Below are positions 10,656 through 23,392 of a DNA stretch of 64,000 bases, one piece after another. This DNA is from Selaginella moellendorffii (Eukaryota > Plantae > Lycopodiophyta), in assembly GCF_000143415.4 (NCBI RefSeq), contig NW_003314289.1, forward strand, positions 474,072-538,071. The letters are read 5' to 3'. Under the pieces are notes generated by a model. The model was not told the origin of the DNA. It worked only from the letters and a program-made list of their open reading frames with translations, and did not search any database. Both the position numbers and the translations under genes were made by a program. Position 1 is the first letter of the stretch, and every line of letters begins with the position of its first letter.

Positions 10656-13563
10656 TTGTTTACCAACTTGGTCCTGTTCTTCATTTTTCTGTGTTCTAGT
10701 AGTCTTTTTTTCTTCCATTTTTCATCTTCAATCCTGTTGTAACTTGGTACATTTTAATCTGATTTCATTTTGATCCAAAGTTTCCAAGCTTGAAGTTTCA
10801 AGATCAACTCCAGAGTTTCAAGAGGTTAACTTCATTTTATAAAGTATGATTATAAAGATGAGGCTACAAAAAACCCGAATATCTGGTTTACTGTGCAAAG
10901 CTTGGTATTAGCTATCGTTGCTTGCTGCTCAGCTGGTGCTACGTGCTGCTGCTAGTTGCTTGCTATTGCTAGAGCCCATGAAATTTTTATTGCTAGAGAA
11001 GGAAATGACTGTCCTTAAGCATGTCCGAAATCCCTTGTTGGCTTTGTGCTGTTTAGCATAAAATGTAAGCTAAGCTTTTCTTTTCTTTTCTTTTCCTGCT
11101 CCAAATTCTGGATAAACTTGATGACACACAATAGAAGCCCTTGAAATAGATCCTGTGTATGTTTGTTTGTCTGCCATGAAATAATGACACTTATTATGGA
11201 CATATGCAAAAATTTGGCATGCCATAACCAAGATTACCAATTTTAACTCTTGTGATTCTTTTTCTCAATTTAGTATTCAATTGAGTATTCCCTATCATCC
11301 TCAAATTGATAGCATGGGCACACAACTTGAGTCAATCAAACAAGCTTAGAGGAAAGCATCCAAGTTGAGCTTTGCTTAGCATCCTCATATTTACATATAT
11401 GTTTTAATTTACTTTTGCCATTGTAAAGGGTTGTGCATTTTAGGGTTCTTTTATGATGATCCGGCAGTCACGTCAATATTTAGAACATATATAGTGAAGG
11501 GTTTAAAGATGTATATTATTAATCACTTATAAGAATTCAAAGAATTCTTATACATGAAATGTCACTTATTCTACATGATCGTGATGTTTGTGGAGTCTAT
11601 AATAAAACCTTTCCTTATTCAAAAGAACATCTACCATGTTAACATTCTCAATCCAAGTCCTCATTGTCATTTATACTTTTAGAGGACATTGTATTAAGCT
11701 CCAACTAGATCATGTATTCAAGCTTGAGCACTAAAGCTTTAATAAATTGGCTATGAGATACTAAGACTGAGATTTATAAACCTCTCTTCTGCAAAAATAT
11801 AGAGATCACCACAAGTAAATTCAGCCTCTTGATATTTATAAATAATATAGTCACTCACAACACAATTGTATGATAAAAATGTGGTAGTGGCCAATTAACA
11901 CTAAATGTGGACTTGAGCCTTCTTTTGTGCATTCGATGACAAAACAACAACTCAATCTTATTTTGATTGTGCTTGTAAATTGCTCCCAATTACAACCCAG
12001 AAAACACTATTCAGTATTAAATAGTGTTTTTTAGCTCTCTTGTTTTTGTTCTCTCATTTTGTGTCGGAATATAGGTCAAATGTGAAATCAACACATCACT
12101 TAAAAAATTAGGGTTGGGCCAATATATTTTCAGCTTAAAAGTCTTGTTTTAGCCAAATGGTTTTGCATAGGTGGCATCATTTTGTCTTGTATAGATGGAT
12201 ATCCTACACCCTTAATGCAACTGGATTAAAAAAATGCTTTGATGAAACCAATATGGTGAAGGAAATATTTCCTTTCTGTTAGTTAATAGAAAAATTAAGC
12301 TGTATAATGCACATATATTCTCATGCACCATCCAAATTTGACTTTGCCATAAAAGTAATGTATCTAAAAGAAAATTTGTTGAGAAATGTTACTTGTTATC
12401 AATGTTTTATATTTGATTTTCAAACAAAAAAATGAGACAGAACACTTTGCTCTATTCATATAGAGGGGATTAAAAAGTTGTAGAAGTTGTCTACAAATCT
12501 TAATTTCTACATCAACAATAAAAATTGTGAAATATTCTTTATTACTATTATTACTATTCCTCTTTGTGATAGTTTGGTATATTTATTAAAACTTTGTTCA
12601 ACAAAATAATGAATATTCTAAGAACATATACTGCTGTAAAACTAAATAAACCCTCATTGTTAATTTTTTTTATACATTATAAGCTTGTAGCCAGGGGTAA
12701 GTCATTTATTATTAAATTTCTAAAATAATTATTGGCCTTCAAGTAAAGTCTTAAATGTTACTCTTTATATGAATGAATTCCAACCGGAAACTATAAATTT
12801 TTCAAATAATTAACTGATAATTGATAATTATTTAGTATTCTCAATGCAACACAACATGCAATTGCCACACAAAACAAGCATTACAAACTTTCTAAAATGG
12901 ATTATGATTTATCAGAAACTTTCTTTATTTTCCAGTTAATTTATGGGAAGAGATAAGATATACTTGTTTGAGATAGTTTTATTGTATATATATATATATA
13001 TAATATACTTAAAGGTGATTGTTGATAGTTTAGTTTTTATTTTTAAAATATGACTGATCGTGGGATGCAATTATGAGAGGAACGCTAAAAAAGAAAAATT
13101 TAGACGAAGAATGTGTGCTTCCTTCTCGAGTGTCGTTTTCATGCGCCACGCAAATCATAACAAAGAAAAGTAGACGCTGTATTGTAATGTTTTTTTAGGG
13201 TTTATGAAATGGCGAGAGAGCCCCTGCCGCTGCTGCCGATTCGCGATCCAAATCTGAGGCGCTGTGTCAACGCCGCAGGAAGGAGCCACGTCCTGGTACG
13301 GTTTGTGTCAAGATCTAATCGATTTGTCCGAGATCTTGGAATTCGTGCTCTGTCTTCCATTTTTTCTCGAACGCTTCAACTCTTGGCGTCTTTTCTTGCT
13401 GTTTTCGTTCTTTTCCTGATTTGATTTTCGCGATACTTTGTGGTGTCTGCGCTCCTGAGAATCCCATCGAAAGTTTTCACTTTCTTATGCTCTAAACTTA
13501 ACAGTTTTTCTTTTCTTTTCTTTTCTGGTTTTCCCTTGCAGGAGAAATACTGGCAACGAAACC

Positions 13564-14065
13564 ATGATGCTCAAATCTCGAAGCTATTCCAATCATCTGG
13601 TACTCACCTCACACACACAGGCAGTTGAGGTAAGATCTTTCTCCCAGCTTTTCCTCTACACGCTTTCTTCGTGCTGAAACTTTCAAGTAACTTATCCAGG
13701 TCTCTGTGAAAGCGTACTTCCCGACTCCCCATGGAACACCGGACAGACACTTTCCAAAACCCAGTCCCAGCTCGCGAAATTCGACGCTGCATGGAGATGG
13801 TAGGCCTTCTCCTTCGAAAACGAGCTCCTGGAAGAGCGTGCTTTACTTTTGGAAGCGTCCGAGAGATCATACACCGAGTTCCAAAGAAGAGCACAAGCAC
13901 CAAGTTCCAAGGGTGAGAAAGTCTGTTTCCGGGCCGATCTATCACAACGACGACACAGCCAGTGTGTCTATCCGCTCCTACTCAAATCCGGTTCTCGCTT
14001 GCGGAGGTTTTTCAAGAACGGAGGAGGAAGACGATGGAGCGGCTAATCATCCCTACACGCCTTGA
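13564..14065 (+). CDS. Small uncharacterised plant protein with WKSVLYFW and SGPIY motifs
   Basis: ATG at 13564; exon to 13629, GT-AG intron 13630-13699, then in-frame continuation VSVKAYFP..WKSVLYFWKR..SVSGPIY..PY. The 3' end abuts a gap. Confidence 0.55.
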
Positions 14066-14986
14066 AGAGGAAGCCCCGANNNNNNNNNNNNNNNNNNNNN
14101 NNNNNNNNNNNNNNNNNNNNNNNNNNNNNNNNNNNNNNNNNNNNNNNNNNNNNNNNNNNNNNNNNNNNNNNNNNNNNNNTACGGTTTCCTCGAAATGGTT
14201 TTAGAAGTGTCTTCCAGATCGAGTATAACCATCTTGGATTGGAAGAAGAATGCGAGTGTAAATTCAAGGCAAAGTGCTGCCATGATAAGTTCTCATTTCG
14301 AAGCATAAGAATTGCTTATGATTGCCTAGGATGCATACCATACTGGTTTGTGACGACTTTTTCTTTCGCTTTAAGCTTGATAGTCTTTGAGGAATTCGTT
14401 TCTTTCTTTTTTCTCTAGGTACTTTTGTACGAAATCACTCATAGAAGCAGGCATTCTAATCATCTGGCACTTGACAAGGTACATTTTCTCGTTCCTTTTT
14501 CGTGACTTCTTTGAAGTGTAAGAACGCGACTTGGTAGATGATAATTCTGGAGTAGAAACACTACGGCTTTAAATTCGAAGGTATGTTTCTCTTATATAAA
14601 AACCAATGCGACTTTAGTGCGAACTTGTCTCTATCCCGGAGAACAGCAAACGTGACCTCGTGTTTTCGTGGCTGTCACGACTTAAGAGGAGAGATTCGCA
14701 AAGTGCCAGGTGGAAGTGATAAGCATAAGGTTCTCAAACGCAATAAACAAAAGCAAAAAGGCTCCTTCGTTATGCTGATAGTGATCTCGTTTCATTGTCA
14801 CGCAGACGTGAGTGCTAATCCAAGTGAGATGTCAATGGAGCATCATGGACCGCAATGGCGTGTCTGTCATTGCGAGAACCACGACTTTTGGTAAGTTTGT
14901 TGCAACAGTCTCGCTGGATTCTTTCTTTTTTGTATCCTTCCAACAGGAACACTCCCGTGATTTACAAAAAATCGTAACGAAGAGGC

Positions 14987-16457
14987 TCATGAAACGCAGT
15001 GACACCGCTTAGCCGACGGTAAGCTACCACTTTTCCTATTTCTTCTAAACCTCGCAATGCTCTCCTTGATCATAGGAACTTTGGAATGGATTTTTGACCA
15101 TATCAAGCTCACAGCTCCGTCCGTAAGCGCATTATCATACTCGAAATACCTCTGGACACGCGACAGCGTCTGTCTCATCGTGCTTCTCTCCTCGCTGCCA
15201 ATGCTCCGCAACTTTTGGACAAGCCATCCGGGTTGTGTGGCGTCTCGGGCTGACACGAAGACGCAAAACTCCTCGTAATTCACAAAGCCTTCGAATGGAA
15301 GCTGTATGTCATCGCTGACAATCACTGGAATGCACAGGCTCGCGATGGCGTCGTAAAGCCTGCATGAACTGGGAGTGTCTCCCGCCGGAGTCAAGCAAAA
15401 CTCGGAGCTTCTCATGCCTCGTGTGGCTTCCGCAAGACCGGCATCGTCTGGAAGTCCTTCCTCGAGCAAAACTTCCGGTTCGTTGTCTAAGATTTTCCAG
15501 AGCTTTTCTCTGACAAGCCCGCTCTGCAGGACGAAAGCGAAAGAAAAGCTATCACACTCAAGAACAGGAAAGTTCTGTTACCCTGTGACGATGGCGAGCT
15601 CCTCTGAAGTACAGGAGAACAGTCCGGTGTTGATCGTCCGCGATCTTCAAGGGTGGCAGCAAGTGCGTGTGGGGGATTATCACGTCTTTGATCGGAGAGA
15701 CCTGGGAGTGCTGGATGATGGTGGAGGAATTCAGCTTGTTCTTGGCGTCCTCCAGGTACCATCCTCCAAAGTCGACCACCAGGAACACCGCAGTGGAGAT
15801 TTGCTCGCGGACGTGCCACATAGCCATGGGATCTGGAAGAAGAACAGGAGCTTGGAGAGAGAGAGAGAGCAAAGTTTCGTTTTTACCAGCGAGAACGAAG
15901 ACATGGTCGACTCCATTGCTCCGCCTCCACTCGAGACTGCTGGTGACGAGCTCCACCACTCGCCGCTGGCGATCAAAGTCGGAGTTTTTGGAGCTCCTCT
16001 TGCGAAACTCGCCACGGTGGCCACCTCTGAGCTGGATTTGAGCGCTGAGAGCCGCGAAGAATGGCACGAAGACAACGTCCGCGAGCCGGGAGTCCCACAC
16101 TCGAACAAAGTTTTCCTTCTTCTTGGAGGGGCTGTCGAGCAGATCGCGCAGGAGCCAAAACTCGGCACTGTGCTGCTTGAGCAGAGGATTCGTGGGATAC
16201 TCGCCGGTGGAGCAGCAGTTCTGGGAGCGGCAGTAGCTCTCGAGGAGGCCATGGTGGAATTCGCGAGGAAGATCGGCGACATAAACTCTGAGAAGCTGGG
16301 ATGATTTGGCTTTGGCGATCGAGCAGCTCCTCTGTGTCCAAGCCCTCGGCGAGAAGGAGAAGAGGAAGAATTGGGCGAAGCCGAGCGCGAGCGAAAGCAA
16401 AAAAATTCTGGAGCTCAAGAACCGAGTGAGAAAATCTGGCAGCCTCCTTACCTCCAT
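14987..16457 (-). CDS. Exostosin-family GT47 glycosyltransferase (ARAD-like)
   Basis: Signal anchor, then LRVYVADLP, QHSAEFWL, ADVVFVPFF, WRRSNGVDHVF, LVVDFGGW, KDVIIP, FCLTPAGDTPSSCRLYDAI and CIPVIVSD; short introns. Confidence 0.92.
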
Positions 16458-16570
16458 TCCATTCCAAGAAGAGAGGAGAACACTCCTTGCGGCGGTTACG
16501 AGGTTTAATCTCTGTTCTTTGGCTAGCATAAAAGAATTTTTTAAATTGCTTAGTGGAAATACATCCTTAA

Positions 16571-17527
16571 TCACCAATTTTTATATTGTATGCAAAGGTC
16601 TCCTAGAATAATATATATGACGAAACCTATGATAAACTTCTGGAAAATACTAGTGACTTTTTCTTCTTTGACAATAGGTACTACCTCTTTTTCCTCAATA
16701 TCTTGCGGTTTCACTCTAAAATACATTGATTTTAAAGCTTGTGCCGCTGTAAGCCTTTTATCTGGATCCCAAGCGAGCAAACCCTGTAACAAATTCACTG
16801 CATCCTTATCTTCAATTTTCATAGACCAATCCTTCTCAGGTAGCTTCTTCATCTTGTCCATCACCTTTGCCTCGTCTTCCTCCCAGCTCAAATTGTAATT
16901 TCTATAACCACCAAAAGGCTTCTTTCCCAAGAGTAGCACTGCAAACACCACTCCAGCACCCCACATGTCCACACCTTTCCCAAACTTCTCAATCTCTTTG
17001 GAGATAACTTCGGGAGCCCTGAATCCCAATGATCCAATATGTACGGTTGGTGGAGTTGAGAGCTTCCTCGCACAGCCAAAATCCCCCAATTTCACCACAA
17101 AGTTGTTGCTATTGAGCTCAAATTTGAGACACTCGGGTAGGATGTCCTGATGCACAACTTCTCGCTCATGCAAGCTTGCCAAACCCACTAGGAGCTGCCG
17201 CATGGTTTCCTTAATCCAACCCACTTTGGAGAGCTTGTAACGCAGTCGCTCATCCTTATTGAATTCCCTGATATCCCATAGGTGCTCGAGAACTATGTAA
17301 CCTCCATCTTCTTCCTGGACCATGTCGAGAACTTTCACGACGTTCTCATGCTTGCACTCCCTCATGAGTTCAAACTCTCGGACATAGTCATACAATTCAT
17401 TGTCCACGCTCTTGATTAAAACTTTCTCACCTTCTTGATCACAGGCCACTCTCAGCACACAACCCAGCTTGCCAACCTTTTGCTCGTCATTGCAAAAACT
17501 ATATTTCCCCAGTACCTTCGACTCCAT
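16571..17527 (-). CDS. Intronless atypical CMGC-like protein kinase or pseudokinase with C-terminal hydrophobic segment
   Basis: VLIK, RE, HENVV, HQDILPECL, KLGDFG, FRAPE, DMWGAG and KRLTAAQAL. First ATG at 17527, TATA-like sequence upstream. Confidence 0.8.
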   Translation of the reverse strand: MESKVLGKYSFCNDEQKVGKLGCVLRVACDQEGEKVLIKSVDNELYDYVREFELMRECKHENVVKVLDMVQEEDGGYIVLEHLWDIREFNKDERLRYKLSKVGWIKETMRQLLVGLASLHEREVVHQDILPECLKFELNSNNFVVKLGDFGCARKLSTPPTVHIGSLGFRAPEVISKEIEKFGKGVDMWGAGVVFAVLLLGKKPFGGYRNYNLSWEEDEAKVMDKMKKLPEKDWSMKIEDKDAVNLLQGLLAWDPDKRLTAAQALKSMYFRVKPQDIEEKEVVPIVKEEKVTSIFQKFIIGFVIYIILGDLCIQYKNW

Positions 17528-18667
17528 GACAGAAGCCCTAGCTTGATTCCTAAACACTACTTTATATAGTTTCAACTCAAAAGGTTTTCTATCCTTTTCC
17601 TAATTCAGCTAGCTGAAAATATTTAGAAAATAAAGATTGAGGGTTTAGCTACCCTGACACAAACACACTCAAGGGTGCAAATTCCAATAAGTTATGGTCA
17701 CAAATCCTATCGCTCTTCCCACTTCGCTGGCTTTGATAACAGCTGCGTATCCATTGTAGCATGGGAGAACTTTGGGCTTGATCGATTAAAGTCGCAGTGT
17801 TTCTACTCCAGAATTATCATCGACCAAGTCGCAGTGTTCTTACATTTCAAAGAAGTACCGAAGAAGGAAAGAGAAAATGCACTTTGTCAAGTACCAGATG
17901 ATTAGATTGCCTGCTTCGAACTATCGCTATGTGTGATTTCATTACTTAGACTGCGAGCTTGCACAACTCACAGTCGCTTCTAAGCACCTGGCGCGAGCCA
18001 CAAGAGAAAGAGTTATAGAAACGAAAGAACATCCAAAGAAGACACACCATGAAGAAGCCAAATGTCCGATAACAGCAGTTACTTGTTCTAGCCTTGAAAG
18101 AAGATGGCGACGTAGAGAATCGTTTACGAAGGTTCGCTGTTGAAGAATACACAAAACAGGAGAAAGGAAGTCAGTACCATTTCTTTCTCTTGTCCGGAAT
18201 GCCCCGATGCTTGGAGCCTCTAGCGGCGAGAACCACCAGACTGGATCGAGCTTCTCGACAAGGAAAATCGAGCTATAAGTAGCATGAGTTCTCTAGCAAC
18301 AATGTTTACGTTGAAAGAGAACCTTTTTTATATTTTACCTGTGGATCACGGCCAATACCAGCAGCAGCAGCTACGTGCTCAGAGTGTAAGCTGCTGACTT
18401 CCATGCGCAAGAATCGTTGGTTCATCTCTACGTGATGGACCCTACGTGAGGGTTCTCACTTGAAGCTCATCAAGGCAAAGAGCTCGTGATTCACTGCCGG
18501 GATGTGGCCAACTGGGACACTGAGCCCAAGATACGAATGCTTTTGCGGGAGTTTTAATCACTTATCTATTTTGATGGTTTAATCTTCCTTACATCTGTGC
18601 GAAAGTGTTGCCGCGAGAAGCAATAGTGTTATAACCTCTCAGATAAAAACTCCTATTGTTTCTAACA

Positions 18668-18830
18668 GGTATGACGGTCTCGCTTCCGTGCAAAGCCGCC
18701 AGCGAGCGGCCTTTCTTTACCGCGCAGCAAGCCACGGACGAGCAGGGGAGGTTCTCTCTCAACATTCCATCGCAAATCTCCGTCTCAGGCGATGATTCAA
18801 GCCCTGTGCTGCGAGCGTCGCAGCCGGGCA
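18668..18830 (+). pseudogene. Possible Pollen Ole e 1-like exon fragment
   Basis: After an AG acceptor: GMTVSLPCKAASERPFFTAQQATDEQGRFSLNIP, resembling the G-x-x-V-x-x-x-C..TD-x-x-G-x-F pattern. No intact first exon seen. Confidence 0.35.
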
Positions 18831-18954
18831 TAACAATCATGGAACATTGCCGGATTAAATAGAAATAAAAAGAGTTAAAATAAAGGTTCACTATAAATGG
18901 CAAAAGGTGGCGGAGAAAACGTTGTGAAATATGCATTTGGATCTTGCGAAGCTT

Positions 18955-20410
18955 CTAGCGAATTATTTTCTTCGTCAAGCTCCTGGTCCCATTGTTCGCT
19001 ACTCCCTTGATCCCCAAGATCTGGGTGACCACGTTGTAGATCTCCACATTGACGAACGCTTCCACCTGTTTGCCTCTCGCGAACCTCGGCCCCGCCGCGA
19101 AGAACACCGCCCTCATGGACGCGAGAGTGTTGTCATAGCCGTGCGCGCCACCGCAGTCCGGCCCGCTCGGCCGCTTCACCACCACCTTGTATCCCTCGGC
19201 CACCATCCCGATGATCGGCGAGATCCTGTCACTGCCCGAGTAGTGCAGCCGCGCTGGCAGCTCCTCCCGGACGAACACCTTCAGGAACTTCCCATTCGCG
19301 ACTTTGCCGGAAGCAAGCGCAGCGTTGAGCGCCGCCACAATCCTCTTGAGCTTCTTCGCGGCGAGGCGAGCCGGGGGGCGGATCGCCAGCACCGGGGTGA
19401 CGCTCTCGATCCACTCCGCCGGGAGTTTGGTGTTGGCCGCGGCCGAGAGCTCGTCCAGGGAGATGATCTTGGTGTCGCACGTCCCCACGAAGCCATGGTC
19501 GCTCACCATGATCACGTTCACGTCCTGGAGGATCTTCCGCCGCTCGAGACCGTCGAGCAGCCTTCCAAGCACGGCGTCCACTCTGGTGACGGCGTCGCTG
19601 ATCTCTGGCGAGTCCGGGCCGACAGTGTGAGCTTCCGCGTCGGGGTCCTCGATGTAAACCGCGATCAAGCTCGGCCTCTGTGCTTCCGGTAAATCCACCC
19701 AGCTCAGGACAGTATCGATGCGGGTGGCGAAAGGAACGGACTCGTTGTAGCGGTGACAGTAAGCCGGAGGACACGTCCATTTGCCTTTGGCCACCTCGGA
19801 ACCCGGCCAGAAGTAAGTTGCTGCTTTGAGGCCATGGTTGACAACTGTTTCCCACATAGGCTCGCCGAGCCACCACTTTGGATTTGTATCGTTCTTCATG
19901 AAGAAGGTTTTTCTTGAGGCGTCGGTGGGGTCTCGAAAGGAGTTCAAGATAATACCGTGCCAAGCAGGATAGAGACCTGCCACCATTTAAACAAGGCTGA
20001 GAAGAGAAAATAAAGGCTTTCATACCAGTTGCGATGGAGTAGTGGTTCGGGAATGTAATGCTCGGGTACACTGGCAACATCCCAGGATAGGCCTCGGTTC
20101 CATCTCTCTTCAAACGATCAATGTTGGGAGTTGCAACCTTCCACTGGTAACCCCATCTAAAACCGTCTGCAGAGAGCAGGATCACAAGTGGTTGCTTCAA
20201 AATCTTGAGCGAGTGCGAGACAGTAGAGCGCGAATCAACTCGCATTGCAGATTTGTGGCATGAAGAGAGCGAGACTGAGAGGAGTACGACTGCCACTGCA
20301 AGAACAAGGAAAAGGACTGCGCCAACGTAAATGGTATAACTAGCCTTTATCGAAGTTCTTCCCTGCCGCTCGTTCTTCAAATCCGTCACAGCGCCTCCGT
20401 CATTCTTCAT
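18955..20410 (-). CDS. Nucleotide pyrophosphatase/phosphodiesterase (ENPP/NPP family), copy 1
   Basis: Transmembrane anchor, LSADGFR, PSITFPNHYSIATG|LYPAWHGI (49-nt intron 20025-19977), EDPDAEAH, VSDHG and GAHGYDN. Confidence 0.93.
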
Positions 20411-20702
20411 AGCGGCAAGCTACGAGCGAGAATCACGCCTGTTCGAGGAAAAAAGAACGCAAACAAATAACACAGCAGTAGGCGACAGAAATGAAGACTA
20501 TACCTTCGAGAGGAGAACTCAAGAGGACTCGAAACTCTGTCTGACAAAAAAATCGTGCTTGAAGCACTCGAGAATGAATCTTAAAAGATGTCACTTTACA
20601 AGCACTATTGCCCGTGCACTTATTCACCGTTTACTCTGCAGTGGAAAACATGTTAGCTAGAGATTAGTAGCACAATAGAAGAAACTCACCATGGTTAGAG
20701 GG

Positions 20703-22229
20703 CTACTTAGAGAGGAGGATACTCTGGGGAAAAGCTGTCGTTCCGTTGTTACTGGTCCCGTTGATCCCGAGAATAGTTGCAATCACGTTGTACACCTCCA
20801 CGTTAACGAAAGACGGCACTTTCTTTCCCCTGGCAAACTGCGGCCCATGCCCGATGAAAATCGTCCTCATCGAAACCAAAAGATTGTCGTAGCCGTGAGC
20901 GCCTCCACACTCTGTGTGAGTCTTCCTGGGACGTGTCAACTCGACTTTGTAGCCTTCTTCCACCATCCCAATAATCGGCTGGATCCTCTCACTCGAGGAG
21001 TAGTGCAACCTCGAAGGTAGATCTTCTTTCAAATAAACTTGCAGGAACTCCCCGTTCGCCACACTACCAGAGGCCAGCCCCTGCTTCATCTTCTCCACCA
21101 CGACCTTTGCGTCGACGTCGAGAGGCGGAGTGATTGCGAGCACCGGACTTGTCGAATCCACCCACTCCTTTGGAATTTGGATCCAGCGTTCCAAGTCTTC
21201 CAAGAAGATCAGCTTTTTATCGCAAGTTCCAACCATGCCATGGTCGCCAACCATGATAATCGTCACCTCTTCCAGGATGTTACGTTTCTCAAGGCCTTCC
21301 AGCAGCCTTCCTATCATCGAATCCACCCTGGTGATGGCAGCGCTGATCTGAGGTGCATCCGGTCCTACTTGGTGGCCTTCTTCATCCGGTTCTTCGAAGT
21401 AGAGTCCGATGAAACTTGGCCGCTGTGGAAGATCAAGGTATCCCAGAACAGCGTCCACTCTCACCTCGAATGGAACCGACTTATTGTAGCTCGGACAAAT
21501 CTCGGGACGACAAGGCCACGACTTTCTCACCACCTGTGATCCCGGCCAGAAGTAGACAGCCGCCTCAAGCCCGTTCTTCACGACTGTTTCCCAGATTGGC
21601 TCGCCAATCCACCACTTCGCGTTGAGATTGCCCATGAAGAACGTCTCGTTGCTCGAGCGAACGGGGTCGCGAAAATAGTTCGCGACGATTCCATGCCAAG
21701 CGGGATATAGACCTGGAAGAGCAGCCAAAGTCTATAAGATACTCCCACGAAGAAAACATCTCTAAGAAACGAATGGAAGGAAAGAAAGAAAGAAAAGCTT
21801 ACCAGTAGCTATGGAATAGTGATTCGGGAATGTGACGCTGGGATACACTGGAATCATCCCAGGGAACGCTTCGGTACCATTGGAAATGAGGCGATCGATG
21901 TTTGGAGTCGGGACTTTCCACTGGTATCCCCATCGAAAACCATCCGAGGAGATCAAAATCACCAGCGGCTTGTCGAGAACCCTGAGCGGCCTCGAAATCT
22001 CGGACGAGGAAGCCGATCTGTGCTGCGTGGAGAGGACGACCACGAATGCGAGCACCAGAGCAGCCATGACGCCGAGCGATCCAGCCGCGAAGCAAATGCA
22101 GCGCGCGAACCTGGATCCGAGAGCTTGCAGCTGGAAGTCTGGAGCTACCAGCGGCTCCACCTCGTCGGAATGCGCTCCTCCACCTCCACATTGCTGCGCC
22201 TCCTCGCCCTTGCTCTTGCCGTCCTCCAT
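20703..22229 (-). CDS. Nucleotide pyrophosphatase/phosphodiesterase (ENPP/NPP family), copy 2
   Basis: ISSDGFR, PSVTFPNHYSIATG, EEPDEEGH, VGDHGM and GAHGYDN; same intron position as copy 1. Confidence 0.93.
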
Positions 22230-22834
22230 TGTCGTGAAGACCTAAAATATTCGGGGGCCTTTGGTCGAATATCCTTGTAATGGATATGCCTTATGCTTAT
22301 ATTATTAAATTTATAAAATAGATTTAAGTTTTAGATTTTAAATGCTAACCATAGATGTCTTCTCTAGTTCTTGTAAAAGTTGTTTTTCTTGTTTGTACTA
22401 TGTGATATCTCTTGAATGTTTTTTAGATAATAATTATATATGTGCTCCATCATTCCTTATTTGTGTGTTGTGGTTGCTTGAGAAATGTATATACTAATGT
22501 ATTTTGTCCTTCATGTATCTCATTTATTCATTCATATATTATTTACAAACTCTTGCAGCACCCTCTAAAAGACCGATGGGTTTAAATATGCTGCAATGAC
22601 AATTGTTGTGACTATTTGTTGTCCAATCTCATTGGCATATATGCTTCAAATATATATTCACAGTAGAAGATAGTACTTAATTTGTTTTATATTAAAAACT
22701 AAATTGATGTTTCTGCTATGCTCAGAAGAGTTTAGGGAGGAACCCAAGAAAAGATAGAGAGTGGGGATAGAACTCGAATTGGTTTCACCAATAGTCTAAT
22801 GCCTCCAGACCAAAAACATGTATTATTTGTATCT

Positions 22835-23182
22835 TTAGCCATAAGTACAACAGTAGAGGGTGCCATTAACATTCTTTACTTTCGAGTTAATCTCAACCTC
22901 TTTGTTTTCTCCGTCATAGCAGTAGAATGCGTATTGATGTCCAAGATCAAAATCACATGACTTAATGTTGGAATCACACCACTCTAATGTAACTTGTGAA
23001 GGCACCCTTTCACCCTCCAAATTCTTGCAACCGGCATTGATTACTATAGGATTGTCACCTTGCGTGATAGTAGCACGTATATCACAAGTATCCAGCCAGA
23101 GGCCAGTACAAATTCTGCGCAAGAAACACTCGTGACAAGAAAGAAATGATACCAATACAACAATTAACCATAAGCCTCTCAT
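22835..23182 (-). CDS. Secreted Cys-rich protein, CVNH (cyanovirin-N homologue)-like
   Basis: Signal-peptide-like N-terminus; WLDTC..INAGCKNLEG..SQVTL..INSKVKNVNGTLYC; TATA (TTTATAAA) upstream; intronless. Confidence 0.6.
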   Translation of the reverse strand: MRGLWLIVVLVSFLSCHECFLRRICTGLWLDTCDIRATITQGDNPIVINAGCKNLEGERVPSQVTLEWCDSNIKSCDFDLGHQYAFYCYDGENKEVEINSKVKNVNGTLYCCTYG

Positions 23183-23392
23183 ATTAATAGTGTAGCCTGA
23201 ACTACAGTTGGATTATTGATAGAATAGGATGTAAACTGAGCATTTATAAATCTCTACTTCTACACTGTTTTTACACACCAAAACTGCCATTTGTCAAAAA
23301 CATCTACAACAATGCCTCATGGCGTTTATAACAATAAGAATTATTATAATCCAATCTTCACACACTTGTTATATTTTGACGTTTCGATGGAA

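Noticed and set aside
11000-13100. AT-rich 2-kb stretch downstream of HD-ZIP IV
   Set aside because: No ORF, repeat or structure I can support beyond a short (TA)n.
14180-14960. Possible multi-exon plus-strand gene after the gap
   Set aside because: Splice-like signals are present but I could not assemble a coherent reading frame.
15375-16467. Long alternative-frame and antisense ORFs over GT47 (also over the NPP and PPR genes)
   Set aside because: Expected shadows of GC-rich coding sequence; no independent motifs.
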